DNA of 64,000 nt, taken from the NCBI GenBank assembly GCA_029210625.1, contig JARGFU010000001.1, positions 133,806 through 197,805 of the forward strand. The letters are read 5' to 3'. Under the pieces are notes generated by a model. The model had not been told where the DNA came from, searched no databases, and worked only from the letters and a program-made list of their open reading frames with translations. The translations under genes were made by a program, and so were the position numbers. This DNA is from Deltaproteobacteria bacterium. Its GTDB lineage: Bacteria > Myxococcota > Myxococcia > SLRQ01. This document shows positions 39,567 to 49,787 of the stretch, piece by piece. How positions within the stretch are numbered: position 1 is the stretch's first letter; every line of letters starts with the position of its first letter.

Positions 39567-41505
39567 AGGCGCCGGCGTCCCAGCAGTCGGGGGCCGTGCC
39601 GCTCTGGCAGACGTTGCGGGCGGCGCCGAGCAGGTCGGTGCTCACCCCGTAGGCCGTGAGGTCCATGCCGATGTCGAGGGCCGCGGAGGTGGCGTCGAGG
39701 CGGTAGTCGAAGAGCTGGTAGCTCGCGCCCGCCAGCACGAAGGGCCGCAGGTCGCCCAGCACGGTGAGGGTCGTGGCGGAGTTCGCCAGGATCGGGAACT
39801 GGTGCACCGTCGCCGTGTCCGCCTGCACGAAGCGCCCGGCGTGCTCGCCGGCGGTCCAGCCGGCGTCGGCGTCGGTGAGGGTGGTCTCGACGACCTGGGG
39901 ATCCCAGCTGACCTCGTCCCAGGCGCCGCTGGCGGTCCCCGGCACGGTGACGAAGCCGGGCGCGGCGTCGACGACCCCGGCCCCGAGCGCGCAGGTCCCC
40001 TGGCCCCCACAGCCGAACCCCTCGAAGAGGGAGGCCTCGACCTCGATCACACCGGCGGCGGTGTTGCACCAGAGATCGGAGCCCGGCTCGTGATCGGCCA
40101 GGACGCTCCCGTAGACGCGGGAGAGGTTGCCCCGGTTCCAGAGGATCCCGCCGTAGGCCGTCGGGAGGTTGTTCGCCACGAGGTTCGAGTCGTGGGAGGC
40201 CGCGTTGGCGAAACAGAGCGTCTGCTCCGCGGCCTCGTTCCCGGCGACGACCGTCCGGCGCAGCTCGGTCGCGCTCCAGTTCGACATGAGCGCTGCGCAG
40301 CGGTTCCACTGGACGTCGTTCCAGGTCTCGTTGGCGACGAAGGAGCAGTCCTCGAAGACCACCGACGACTCGTGGATCCGGGCGCCGCCCCCTTCCGTGC
40401 GGGCGGAGTTGCTGACGAAGGCGGTGTTGGCCACCCGCACGTTCTGTGCGCCGACGGCGAGGAAGCCACCGCCGTCGTCGTCGACGATCTCGTAGTCTCC
40501 GAAGCGGCCCTCGGCCCGCCCACCGGTCACCACGAAGCCATCGAGGGTCGAGTTGCTCGTGGCGGTGACCACGTGCCAGACCTGCTCGGCCGAGTCGGGG
40601 CCGGCGTGGCCGTCGAGGATGGTGCGGTTCGTCCGCCAGTCACGCTCGGCGCGGGTCTGCTCGGTGCCGGCGAAGCCACCGTAGAGGGCCACCCAGGGCC
40701 GGAGCGCGATCGTGTCGGTCGGGTGGTCGTCGTAGACCCAGTAGTGCCCGGCCCGCACCCAGACCTCGCAGTGCTGCCCGTAGCCCGCGGCCCGCTTCGC
40801 CGCGAGCGCGATCCCGGCGTCGATCGAGGGCAGCGCGCCGGCCCAGGACTCGCCGTCGCAGCCGGTGCAGGTCGCCGCCGGATCGACCATCACCCGGCAG
40901 GTGCCGCAGTCCGTACCGGTCCAGCTCGGCCGGCAGACGCACTGCGACCCGTCGCAGTCCTGGTGAACTCCGCAGGCAGGGTCGCAGGCCACCAGCTCGC
41001 AGAGCCCGTCGAGGGGCTCAACCTCGGCGTCGAGAGCGCAGGCCCGCGCCACCTGCCCGCTCGAGTCGTCGCAGACCTCGTGGGGCTCGAGGGGCGGCAG
41101 GGCGATGTTGTCGCAGCCGGGCAGGCAGCTGCCGTCCCGATCGTGGTCCTGGTAGCCGGCCCGGCACCAGCAGCCGCTCATCGGCTCCTGGTAGCCACAG
41201 ACCCAGTCGGGCTCGACCTGACACTGGAAGCAGCCGTCACCCGGAAGATCGTTGCCGTCGTCGCACTCCTCGGCGGCGCCGAAGCCGTCGACCCAGGCGA
41301 AGCCGTCCCCGCAGAAGGCCTCCTGGCAGGTCCCCTGCGGACCGCTGGGGCAGGCGTCGTTGATCGAGAGGTTGCCGTCCTCGCAGCCCTCCCCCGGATC
41401 GAGGGTCGTGTTGCCGCAGGCCGGCTCTCCACCCCCGGGGAGGGCGAAGTCCCGATTGCAGGCGGACAGGGCCAGGAGCAGCAGGGGGAGCCGGGCGGTT
41501 CTCAC
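39553..41505 (-). CDS. Lipoprotein with Myxococcus cysteine-rich repeats and a right-handed parallel beta-helix domain
   Basis: Lipobox LLALSACN. Cys-rich repeats GEGCEDGNLSINDAC… and EECDDGNDLPGDGCFQC. Beta-helix repeat pattern in the C-terminal half. Confidence 0.6.
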   Translation of the reverse strand: MRTARLPLLLLALSACNRDFALPGGGEPACGNTTLDPGEGCEDGNLSINDACPSGPQGTCQEAFCGDGFAWVDGFGAAEECDDGNDLPGDGCFQCQVEPDWVCGYQEPMSGCWCRAGYQDHDRDGSCLPGCDNIALPPLEPHEVCDDSSGQVARACALDAEVEPLDGLCELVACDPACGVHQDCDGSQCVCRPSWTGTDCGTCRVMVDPAATCTGCDGESWAGALPSIDAGIALAAKRAAGYGQHCEVWVRAGHYWVYDDHPTDTIALRPWVALYGGFAGTEQTRAERDWRTNRTILDGHAGPDSAEQVWHVVTATSNSTLDGFVVTGGRAEGRFGDYEIVDDDGGGFLAVGAQNVRVANTAFVSNSARTEGGGARIHESSVVFEDCSFVANETWNDVQWNRCAALMSNWSATELRRTVVAGNEAAEQTLCFANAASHDSNLVANNLPTAYGGILWNRGNLSRVYGSVLADHEPGSDLWCNTAAGVIEVEASLFEGFGCGGQGTCALGAGVVDAAPGFVTVPGTASGAWDEVSWDPQVVETTLTDADAGWTAGEHAGRFVQADTATVHQFPILANSATTLTVLGDLRPFVLAGASYQLFDYRLDATSAALDIGMDLTAYGVSTDLLGAARNVCQSGTAPDCWDAGAYERP

Positions 41506-42314
41506 CCTCCGAGCCTAGAACGAGATCCGGACTCCCGAACAGCCTCGGGCTCCCCGAGCGGCGCCGCGACGAAGTAGCCGTAGGTGTAGGCGTCGGAGAA
41601 GCGCTCGAAGAGCGCGATCTCCTCCCGGGCCGTGGCGGCGATCTCGCCGGCCACCGGATCCTCCGGCAGGTCGCGCACGAGCTCTTCGATCCTCTGCCGC
41701 ATGGGCGCGTAGTACTCGTCCCACCAGGCCGAGGGAGGCAGAGGGAAGGACGCCAGGGACGCGTAGCCCGCCGCCTCGATCTCGGCGCGAACCCCGGCCT
41801 CGTCGGTGATGGCCGGATACTCGGCCTCCCACCACCGGCGGAGCTCCGGCGGGGGATCGGGCACCCGCCAGATCGCCTCGGTGAAGATCACCACGCCTCC
41901 GGGAGCGAGCAGCCGCCTCCAGGCCTCCAACCCCACCCGCACGCCGAGGTTGTAGATCGCTCCCTCCGAGCAGATCAGGTCCTGGCTGGCGGGCTCCACC
42001 GGCGGGGAAGCCATGTCCCCGACCTCGACCCGCACCCTCCCGGCGAGGCCGACCTGCTCGATCCGCTCGCGAGCCCGCGCCACCAGCGGCGCCGAGAGAT
42101 CGAGGGCCAGGATCTCGGCGCCGGGGAGCGCTGCCGCGAGGGCCAGGGTCTGCGCCCCCGGGCCACAGCCCAGATCGAGCACCCTCGCCGGCGCCTCACC
42201 CGGGACGAGCGCCAGGGCGCGGCGGGTGTGCGCGTCCGCACCAGGACCCGCCCGGGGCAGCGTCCCGTAGACCCGGAGGAAGAGCGCCATGGTTCGCGGA
42301 TCGGCGAGGTCCAT
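41502..42314 (-). CDS. Class I SAM-dependent methyltransferase
   Basis: Motif I VLDLGCGPGAQT. Confidence 0.7.
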   Translation of the reverse strand: MDLADPRTMALFLRVYGTLPRAGPGADAHTRRALALVPGEAPARVLDLGCGPGAQTLALAAALPGAEILALDLSAPLVARARERIEQVGLAGRVRVEVGDMASPPVEPASQDLICSEGAIYNLGVRVGLEAWRRLLAPGGVVIFTEAIWRVPDPPPELRRWWEAEYPAITDEAGVRAEIEAAGYASLASFPLPPSAWWDEYYAPMRQRIEELVRDLPEDPVAGEIAATAREEIALFERFSDAYTYGYFVAAPLGEPEAVRESGSRSRLGG

Positions 42315-42348
42315 GGCGGTCAGGGTAGCACCGGGGATCCCCGGCTGC

Positions 42349-45300
42349 TCAGCCCAGCGCCTCGGCCACGGCCCGGAGCAGATCCTCGCTGCGGACCGGC
42401 TTGGCCAGCAGCTTGAACTCCTGGCGGAGGAGGCCGGGATCCAGCTCGCGAGGCAGATACCCGGAGCAGACGACGATGGGGCGCCCCGGGTAGCGCTCCC
42501 GGAAGTCCGCCACCAGCCGGTGGCTCGGATAGCCGGGCATCACCCCGTCGGTGAAGAGGAGATCGATGTCGGCGTGGAGCTCCACCAGGCGCCGCGCCTC
42601 GTCCCCGTCGGCGGCCTGGAGGACCTCGAAGCCCGCTTCCTGGAGGATCGCGCAGAAGACGCTGCGGACCAGCTCGTGATCCTCGGCGACCAGCACCTTC
42701 CCCCGGCGCTCCCCCGAGCTGGGCGCCGGCGCCCGCGCGGGGCTGCCCGGCGCGCTCTGGAGCGGCCAGCGGACCTCGAAGCGGGTGCCCTCCCCCGGTG
42801 CGCTCTGCACCGAGAGGCTCCCCCCGCTGCGATCGATCAGGTGCCGGACCGCGGCGAGGCCGAGGCCGGTGCCCCGCCCCTTCTCCTTGGTGGTGAAGAA
42901 GGGCTCGAAGGCCTGCTCGAGGGTCCGGGCGTCCATCCCCACGCCGTCGTCGGCGACCACCAGGGTCACGCGCTCCGCGTCCCGCGAGGTCCGGACCGTG
43001 AGCCGCCCTCCCGCCGGCATGGCGTGGATCGCGTTCTGGGTGAGGTTGAAGACGATCCGGTTGAGATCCCGCACCTGGGAGAGGACGTGGCAGCCCGGCG
43101 CGAGCTCGAAGTCGAGCTCGATCGAGCGGGGGGCGCGCCGCTCGACCAGCCGCAGCGCGCGCTGGAGCGTGGACGAGAGCTCCACGACCTCGTCGGCCCC
43201 CGTCACGATGTCCGAGTCGGTCGTGAACTGCTCGACCAGGGTCTCCGCGTAGTCCGCCGCCATCTCGAGATCCAGGACAGCCCGGCGGCGGCCCGCCTCG
43301 TCGAGCATCTCGAAGCGCTCCAGGATCCAGGTGCTGGAGACGAGGGTCTGGATGGCGTTGTTGAAGTCGTGCACGACCGCCCCGGCCAGCTGACCCATGT
43401 CCTCGATCCGGGCGGTCCGGGCCTCCATCTGCTGCAGCCGCTCGACCTTCTCGCCCTCCTCCTCCCGGAGGGCCTGCGCGGCCTCGAGATCGGCGATGGC
43501 GTGGGTCATGTCCTCGATGGTGCGCTGGGCTCCCCGGAAGACCCCGAAGGTCAGCACGCCGCTGCAGGTGAAGGCGGTCCCCAGCATGAAGGCGACCCTG
43601 AACCAGTTGCGGGCGTGGACCGGCGAGAAGTCCTCCAGCGGCACCGACAAGATCCCCTGCTGGTGCAGGAGGCCGCCGGCGAGGAAGAGGAGGGCGAAGA
43701 GGGCCAGGAGCGAGACGATCATCCACCGGCGGCTGAAGACCGCCGCCAGGGCGGCCACCAGGCTCAGGAGCGCCACCGAGATCGCGGAGAGGAAGCTGTT
43801 GAACACCAGGAGCGGCGCGGCGACGCAGAGGATGCTCGCGTAGAGCAGCCCGTTGCGTACTCCCCGGCCGAGCCCCGGCACCCAGCCGCCGATGGCCCCG
43901 AGGATCGCGGCGCCCGCCACGCCGAAGAGCGAGCGCAGCAGCACCGCCCGATCGAACTGGATGAAGGGATAGGGGGCCAGCGCGACGAAGTAGAGCACCG
44001 TGAAGACCCGCAGCATCTTCTGGACGAGCCGGTGGGACCAGTCGTCCAGATCCTCGGGCGCGGCGGGGGCCACCGGCCCGGGGAGCGGCGCGGGGGTGGC
44101 CTCGGCAGGAGCGGCGCCGATCGACGGCCCTCGCGAGACGACCGCGGCCGGGGTGGGGATCCCGGCGAGGGGGGCGGGCTCCCGGGCGGGCGCCTCGCTC
44201 GCCTCCAGATCCGGGAAGAGAGCCCGGACCCTCGTGCCCTCTCCCACCTCGCTCTCGATGGCGAGGGTGCCGCCGAAGGCCTCGACCAGCCCGATGGCGG
44301 TCGAGAGCCCCAGCCCCGAGTGCTTCTCGGGGCTCCGGGTCGTGAAGAAGGGCTCGACCGCCCGGCGCCTCACCTCCTCCTCCATCCCCTCTCCCGTGTC
44401 TCGCACCGAGACCTCCACGTAGCGCCCGGGAGGGATGGGGGTGATGGCATCGAGGGGCGTCTCCGCGAGCTCCCGGCGCTGGACCCGCACCTCGATCGTG
44501 CCGCCCGCCTCCACGGCGTCGGAGGCGTTGAGCACCAGGGAGAGGAGGACCTGCCGCAGCCCCTCGGGGCTGAGCTCGGCGAGGCAGCCCTCGTCCGCGG
44601 AGATGGTCACCCGGACGTCCTCCCGCAGGGCGCTGATCAGCCCCTCGCGGTGGCCGAGGACCTCCGCCCCCACGTCCACCCGCTTCGGCTCGACCGGGTC
44701 GCGACGGCTGAAGGCCGTCAGGTCCGAGAGCAGGGTGACGCCCTGCTCCGTGATCTGCTGGATCCGCCGGGCGAGGCGCTGCGCCGCCTCCGGCGTCGCC
44801 TCGGCGCGCAGCTCGTCCACGGCGAAGCGCACGACCGTGAGGATGTTGTTGAAGTGATGGGCGAGGCCGTGGGCGAGGTGCCGGATGGCCTGGGAGCGGT
44901 AGCTGTCCCGCAGCTCGTCCTCCCGCGCGGCCCGCTCGCTCCGCAACGCCTCCGATCGCATCGTCTCCGCGGCCGTCTCCTCGAGGAGCTCCCGGGTCGA
45001 GGCATGGAGGCGGCGCATGCTCGTCATCGCGAAGCGGAGCATCGCGACCATCACCGAGGTGATCAGCAGGAAGAGGGTCCCCGAGCGCAGCCAGTGATCC
45101 AGCACCGTGGGGTCGATCGCCCGGCCGTCGATGTCGAGGACCCCGGCCCGGATCAGCGCGCCCCCCGCCAGGAAGGCCGCCGTGATCCCGGCGGCCACGA
45201 CGTAGAACGCCCGCCGTCCGAGGAGCAGCACGGCGAGGGAGACCAGGAGGAAGCTCGTCGCCGTGTTCACCGGGGTCCAGCCCAGCTGGAGGATGAAGAC

Positions 45301-45564
45301 CACGAGGGCGAGCGCGAGGCTGCTGACCAGGTACCAGCTCCGCAGCCGCTGGGTGACCCCGGGAGCCCGCAGGAGCAGCACCCCGAGGAGGCCGACCCCG
45401 AAGGCGATCCCGACCGAGGGGAGATAGGTGCGCGGCAGCCAGAAGACGGCGACGAGGGGGATGAGGACGAGGCCGCCGACCACCAGGCGATAGGCGGTGC
45501 GAGAGAGCCGCAGCTGCCAGTCGCGCAGGTCGCTCGCGCCGGTGGCTCCCTCCAGCCCGACCAT
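42349..45564 (-). CDS. Hybrid sensor histidine kinase/response regulator with two tandem TM-sensor + HisKA/HATPase modules and a C-terminal receiver
   Basis: Two H-boxes (HGLAHHFNNIL, VVHDFNNAIQTL) and two G-boxes (GLGLSTAIGL, GTGLGLAAV). Two blocks of 5-6 TM helices. C-terminal REC (VLVAEDHELV…DLLFTDGVMPG). Confidence 0.85.
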   Translation of the reverse strand: MVGLEGATGASDLRDWQLRLSRTAYRLVVGGLVLIPLVAVFWLPRTYLPSVGIAFGVGLLGVLLLRAPGVTQRLRSWYLVSSLALALVVFILQLGWTPVNTATSFLLVSLAVLLLGRRAFYVVAAGITAAFLAGGALIRAGVLDIDGRAIDPTVLDHWLRSGTLFLLITSVMVAMLRFAMTSMRRLHASTRELLEETAAETMRSEALRSERAAREDELRDSYRSQAIRHLAHGLAHHFNNILTVVRFAVDELRAEATPEAAQRLARRIQQITEQGVTLLSDLTAFSRRDPVEPKRVDVGAEVLGHREGLISALREDVRVTISADEGCLAELSPEGLRQVLLSLVLNASDAVEAGGTIEVRVQRRELAETPLDAITPIPPGRYVEVSVRDTGEGMEEEVRRRAVEPFFTTRSPEKHSGLGLSTAIGLVEAFGGTLAIESEVGEGTRVRALFPDLEASEAPAREPAPLAGIPTPAAVVSRGPSIGAAPAEATPAPLPGPVAPAAPEDLDDWSHRLVQKMLRVFTVLYFVALAPYPFIQFDRAVLLRSLFGVAGAAILGAIGGWVPGLGRGVRNGLLYASILCVAAPLLVFNSFLSAISVALLSLVAALAAVFSRRWMIVSLLALFALLFLAGGLLHQQGILSVPLEDFSPVHARNWFRVAFMLGTAFTCSGVLTFGVFRGAQRTIEDMTHAIADLEAAQALREEEGEKVERLQQMEARTARIEDMGQLAGAVVHDFNNAIQTLVSSTWILERFEMLDEAGRRRAVLDLEMAADYAETLVEQFTTDSDIVTGADEVVELSSTLQRALRLVERRAPRSIELDFELAPGCHVLSQVRDLNRIVFNLTQNAIHAMPAGGRLTVRTSRDAERVTLVVADDGVGMDARTLEQAFEPFFTTKEKGRGTGLGLAAVRHLIDRSGGSLSVQSAPGEGTRFEVRWPLQSAPGSPARAPAPSSGERRGKVLVAEDHELVRSVFCAILQEAGFEVLQAADGDEARRLVELHADIDLLFTDGVMPGYPSHRLVADFRERYPGRPIVVCSGYLPRELDPGLLRQEFKLLAKPVRSEDLLRAVAEALG

Positions 45565-45806
45565 CAGTGCCCCCAGACCTCGTCGATGAAGAGCTCGAGG
45601 CCCCCGAAGAAGACCTGGCCGATCAGGACGACCAGCCCGAGGAGCGCCAGCAGGAGGATCCCGCTGACCACGACGCAGCCGGCGGTGCCGATCCCGAGGC
45701 CGAGGAAGAACTGGCGGGGCGTCTCTCCGGGGTGGATCCCGGCGGCCGCGAGCTCCTCCCCCGAGAGGGCCTCGACCTCGTCGGGAGGGCGTGGCGAATC
45801 GGTCAT
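45564..45806 (-). CDS. Small (80 aa) membrane protein translationally coupled to the hybrid kinase
   Basis: AGGAG RBS. One or two TM helices. Its stop overlaps the kinase start (ATGA). It starts 11 nt after the TonB-dependent receptor stop. Confidence 0.45.
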   Translation of the reverse strand: MTDSPRPPDEVEALSGEELAAAGIHPGETPRQFFLGLGIGTAGCVVVSGILLLALLGLVVLIGQVFFGGLELFIDEVWGH

Positions 45807-45817
45807 CAGGAGATCTC

Positions 45818-48040
45818 CTAGAAGCGGCTGCGCAGGTAGCCCTGGAGGCGGGGCAGGATGGGGTGGCCGTAGTAGTTGCTGCCGTCCTCGAGGTACTCGC
45901 CCGAGGTCTCCCGCATCTCCAGGCCGAGGATCGGGGTGTGACCCTGGAGGCCGGCCTCCCACTCGGTCCCGCCGAGCCCGAAGGCCCAGCCCGCCCGGGC
46001 GAAGACCAGGGTGTTCGCCGCCAGCGGGGTGTTGCGGTTCGGCGAGAGGATGGAGTCGGGGGAGACGTGCCCCCCCCAGAAGCCCGAGGTCCAGAAGGCG
46101 AAGGCGGAGAGGCGCAGACCCTCGCCCCCGTAGCGGGCCCCGAGGATCAGGTGGTGGGTGGGCTCCCGCTTGTTCCTCCGCTGCTCCACCTCGCCGCCCG
46201 GCAGCTCCACCCGCTCGTAGACCTGATCGAGCCCGTAGGCGAGGTCGAGCTCGAGCCCCTCGATCGGCAGGCGCCAGGACGCGGCGATCTCCGCGCCCGC
46301 CGACCAGCTCTTGCTCGGGAAGGACTCGAAGACGAGCTTCACCTCGTCCCCGATGATCGGCAGCCCGGCGAAGTACTGGACGTCCCAGAGGGAGGAGGCG
46401 TCGAGTTCGATCTCGTCCCGGTAGCGGGAGAGATAGAGCTCGACCTCCACCCGGAGCTTCTCCTGGAGGAAGCGGCCCCGCCAGCCGAGCTCGGCGATGT
46501 CGACCTTGGTGTTGACCAGCTCCTCGCCGCCGAGGCCGGTCGCGAAGATGTGCTGGATGCGCCGGAAGAGATCCTGGTCCTGCAGGGTGCCGGGCTCGAG
46601 GAGGAGGTGGCCCTTCTGCTCGAAGAAGGAGGGCTGCCGGTAGGCGCGCGCCACCGAGGCCCGCACCGTGTGGTGCTCCATCGGCCGGTAGACGGCGGTC
46701 AGGCGGGGAGAGAAGCCGGGCTCGGGGACCAGGGTGTTGTAGCCCGCCCGGACCCCGGCGTTCAGCTCGAGCGACGAGGCGACCCGCCACTCGAGCTGGG
46801 TGAAGCCCTCGACGCGGCCCTCGAAGAGCACGCTCGGCTCGCAGGCGGCCGGATCGAAGGCCGTCGGGGCGCTCTCGGGGCAGGTGACGAACGATCCCTC
46901 GCCGTGGTGGACGAGCCGGGTCGAGAGCCCGGTGAGGAGGCGCAGGTCGTCCGAGAGCTTCCAGATGCGCTCGGCGTCGGCCACGTAGGCCCGGGTGGGG
47001 TGGAAGACGGGCTGGGGGAGCTGCGCCATCACCATCGACGGGTCGTTCGGCATGCGCAGGTTCAGGTCGAGGGTCAGCTCGGTGTCGAGGAGATCGAAGA
47101 AGAAGCGCAGCCGCCAGTCGTGGACGATGGCGTCGGCCCGCACGTAGAGGTGCTCGTAGTAGCCGTCCCCGTTCCCGGCGAAGGTCACGATGTCGCCGCG
47201 CTCGGCGCCGCCGCCGACCTCGAGGGTCGCCTCGACCTCGTCGCCCTCGTAGCGCAGCCAGTTCCGGCTCCGGAAGAACCAGGCCCCCACCCGCCCGGGC
47301 TCGTGGAAGGGCGACCGGCGGTCGTAGCCCCAGGAGCTCCACCAGCTGAAGCGGCCCCTCGTCCCCGAGGCCTTCAGGTTGCCGGAGAGGGTCTCGGGGC
47401 GGTAGCCGGAGAGCTCGGCCTCGACCGTCAGCAGGCCCTTCTCGGCCCGGCGGGTGACGATGTTCACCACGCCCTGCAGGGCGTTCGCCCCGTAGAGGGT
47501 GGAGGCCGGGCCCCGGATGACCTCGATCCGCTCGATGGAGGCCAGGTCGACCGGCATCGCCAGCCAGAGGGGCAGCTGGAAGATCGGCAGGAGCACGTCG
47601 CGCCCGTCCACCAGCACCAGGATGTTCGAGCCCTCGTTGCTCGAGCCCGAGCGGGAGCCACTGGAGGGGAACGCGATCGTCAGGAGCCAGACGTCCATCC
47701 CCGGCACCGTGCGCAGGACGTCCGCGACGTTGTCGAAGGGCATCAGGCGCAGGTCTTCCCGGGTGATGACCGTGATCGCCGAGGGCGAGTCGTCGATCCG
47801 CTGGGCGCGGCGCGAGGCCGAGACGACGATGTCCTCCTGCACCAGCAGGGCGAACTCGTCGCTGATGTCGAGATCCTCGAGGGACTCGAAGTCGAAGGCC
47901 GCCTCGAGGGCCGCCTCGTCGATCAGCGCCTCCTCGGGGACGCCCTCCTCGGCGGCGCGCACCTCACCGGGCGCCACCGCACAGCAGAGCACGGCAAGCA
48001 GTCCCCCCACTCGAATTCGACCCACACGCTCGAGTGACAT
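45818..48040 (-). CDS. TonB-dependent outer-membrane receptor
   Basis: Signal peptide MSLERVGRIRVGGLLAVLCCAVAPGEVRA. Plug motifs (DSPSAITVITRED, IEVIRGPASTLYG). Terminal Phe on the barrel. The upstream 730 aa of the track ORF are rejected. Confidence 0.8.
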   Translation of the reverse strand: MSLERVGRIRVGGLLAVLCCAVAPGEVRAAEEGVPEEALIDEAALEAAFDFESLEDLDISDEFALLVQEDIVVSASRRAQRIDDSPSAITVITREDLRLMPFDNVADVLRTVPGMDVWLLTIAFPSSGSRSGSSNEGSNILVLVDGRDVLLPIFQLPLWLAMPVDLASIERIEVIRGPASTLYGANALQGVVNIVTRRAEKGLLTVEAELSGYRPETLSGNLKASGTRGRFSWWSSWGYDRRSPFHEPGRVGAWFFRSRNWLRYEGDEVEATLEVGGGAERGDIVTFAGNGDGYYEHLYVRADAIVHDWRLRFFFDLLDTELTLDLNLRMPNDPSMVMAQLPQPVFHPTRAYVADAERIWKLSDDLRLLTGLSTRLVHHGEGSFVTCPESAPTAFDPAACEPSVLFEGRVEGFTQLEWRVASSLELNAGVRAGYNTLVPEPGFSPRLTAVYRPMEHHTVRASVARAYRQPSFFEQKGHLLLEPGTLQDQDLFRRIQHIFATGLGGEELVNTKVDIAELGWRGRFLQEKLRVEVELYLSRYRDEIELDASSLWDVQYFAGLPIIGDEVKLVFESFPSKSWSAGAEIAASWRLPIEGLELDLAYGLDQVYERVELPGGEVEQRRNKREPTHHLILGARYGGEGLRLSAFAFWTSGFWGGHVSPDSILSPNRNTPLAANTLVFARAGWAFGLGGTEWEAGLQGHTPILGLEMRETSGEYLEDGSNYYGHPILPRLQGYLRSRF

Positions 48041-48157
48041 TGCCGGACTCGATCCTATTCGAGCGCCGGGGGCTTGGACAGCTTCCGGCCGTGCCCCCCT
48101 GAAACGCGCTCGGCGCCGGTGTTCGATCCGGGATCGAAGCAGGTATGCTGCGCCGCC

Positions 48158-49783
48158 ATGCGTGCCCCGAAGATCGACGCCCTCGCCCTCTGCGCTCTCC
48201 TCACCCTGACCGCCTGCGGTGGAGGCGAGGCCGGTGGGGGCGACGGGGGTCAGCCGCCCTGCGGCGAGTGCGACGGCGGGACGTCCTCGGACCTGGAGGC
48301 CGACCTGACGATCGACAGCGGCCCGATCCACGGCGTGGAGGACGGCGACCTCGTCATCTTCCGGGGCGTCCCCTACGCCGAGGCGCCGGTGGGCGCGCTG
48401 CGCTTCCGCAAGCCCGTGCCGGTGAGCCCCTGGACCTCGCCGAGAGATGCGACGGCCTTCGGGCCGCCCTGCGTGCAGCGGGATCACACCGGCGCGATGG
48501 TGGGCGACGAGGACTGCCTCACGGTCAACATCTGGGCCCCGCGCGCGGCCGGCGCGCCGAGGCCGGTGATGGTCTTCATCCACGGCGGAGCCTTCCTGCA
48601 GGGCAGCGCGAACCTCCCGGTCTACGACGGCGCCTCCATCGCCCGCACCGGCGAGGTGGTGGTGGTGACGCTCCAGTATCGCCTCGGGGCGCTCGGCTTC
48701 TTCGTCGACGACGCGCTCCTGACCGAGGAGAGCGGCGCGGGCAACCAGGGGATCCGCGATCAGCAGCTCGCCCTCGACTGGGTGCAGCGCAACGCCGCCT
48801 TCTTCGGGGGCAACCCCGGAGAGGTCACGATCTTCGGCGAGTCCGCCGGCGGCATCTCGGTCTGCGCTCACCTCGGGGCGCCGAGCAGCGACGGCCTCTA
48901 CGCCCGGGCCATCGTCCAGAGCGGCACCGGCTGCTACGGGATGCAGCGCCTGCGGGTGCCCACCGTCGTGCACGTCTCGGCGATCAGCCAGGCCGAGAAC
49001 GTGATCACCGAGGCGGGCTGCCAGAACGCGAGCGACGCCCTGGCCTGCCTGCGGGCCCTGCCGGCGACCACCGTGATCGACGCGGGCCTCTCCGGCGCCG
49101 CCAACAACCTCGGCCTCGCCGACTTCGGACCGGTGATCGATCAGGTCCTGCTCTCCGAGGCCCCCTTCGACCGCGTGCGGCGCGGTGAGCGCAGCACCAT
49201 CACCATCGTCTCCGGCGCGAACGCCGACGAGGGGAAGACCTTCACCCAGGGCCTCTCGATCCCCGACACCGCGACCTACGAGTCGACGGTGCGCGCGGTG
49301 CTCCCCCTGCAAGCCGACGAGGTCCTCGCCCTCTATCCGGCCTCGGCCTTCGCCTCGCCCAAGGACGCCTACGACGCGCTCCTCTCCGACCTGGCCTTCA
49401 TCTGCCCCGCCCTCTCCTTCGCCGAGGCCGCCGGGGAGGGCGGCGGCGAGGCCTACAGCTACCACTTCACCCACACCCTCACGGGCCTGGCCTCCTCCTG
49501 GGGCAGCTTCCACGCCCTCGAGCTCTGGTACCTCTTCGACACCCTCGACACCTTCCCGAGCTACTCGGCCACCGCCGCCGACCAGCGGGTCTCCCTGATG
49601 CTGCGCGAGGCCTGGACCGACCTGGCCCACGGGCGGACGCCGCTCGCCGACCTGCCCTGGCTCACGACCACCGGCGCCGCGCCGCAGATCGGCCTGCTGG
49701 CCGATCCCCCCTCCACCGCCACCGAGATCCGCGGTGGCCGCTGCGACGGCCTCGAGGGGCTGGGCCTGGTGCGGGCGCCCTGA
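48158..49783 (+). CDS. Carboxylesterase type B family lipoprotein
   Basis: Lipobox LLTLTACG. EDCLTVNIWAP and the nucleophile elbow GESAGG. Confidence 0.8.
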   Translation: MRAPKIDALALCALLTLTACGGGEAGGGDGGQPPCGECDGGTSSDLEADLTIDSGPIHGVEDGDLVIFRGVPYAEAPVGALRFRKPVPVSPWTSPRDATAFGPPCVQRDHTGAMVGDEDCLTVNIWAPRAAGAPRPVMVFIHGGAFLQGSANLPVYDGASIARTGEVVVVTLQYRLGALGFFVDDALLTEESGAGNQGIRDQQLALDWVQRNAAFFGGNPGEVTIFGESAGGISVCAHLGAPSSDGLYARAIVQSGTGCYGMQRLRVPTVVHVSAISQAENVITEAGCQNASDALACLRALPATTVIDAGLSGAANNLGLADFGPVIDQVLLSEAPFDRVRRGERSTITIVSGANADEGKTFTQGLSIPDTATYESTVRAVLPLQADEVLALYPASAFASPKDAYDALLSDLAFICPALSFAEAAGEGGGEAYSYHFTHTLTGLASSWGSFHALELWYLFDTLDTFPSYSATAADQRVSLMLREAWTDLAHGRTPLADLPWLTTTGAAPQIGLLADPPSTATEIRGGRCDGLEGLGLVRAP

Positions 49784-49787
49784 AGCG

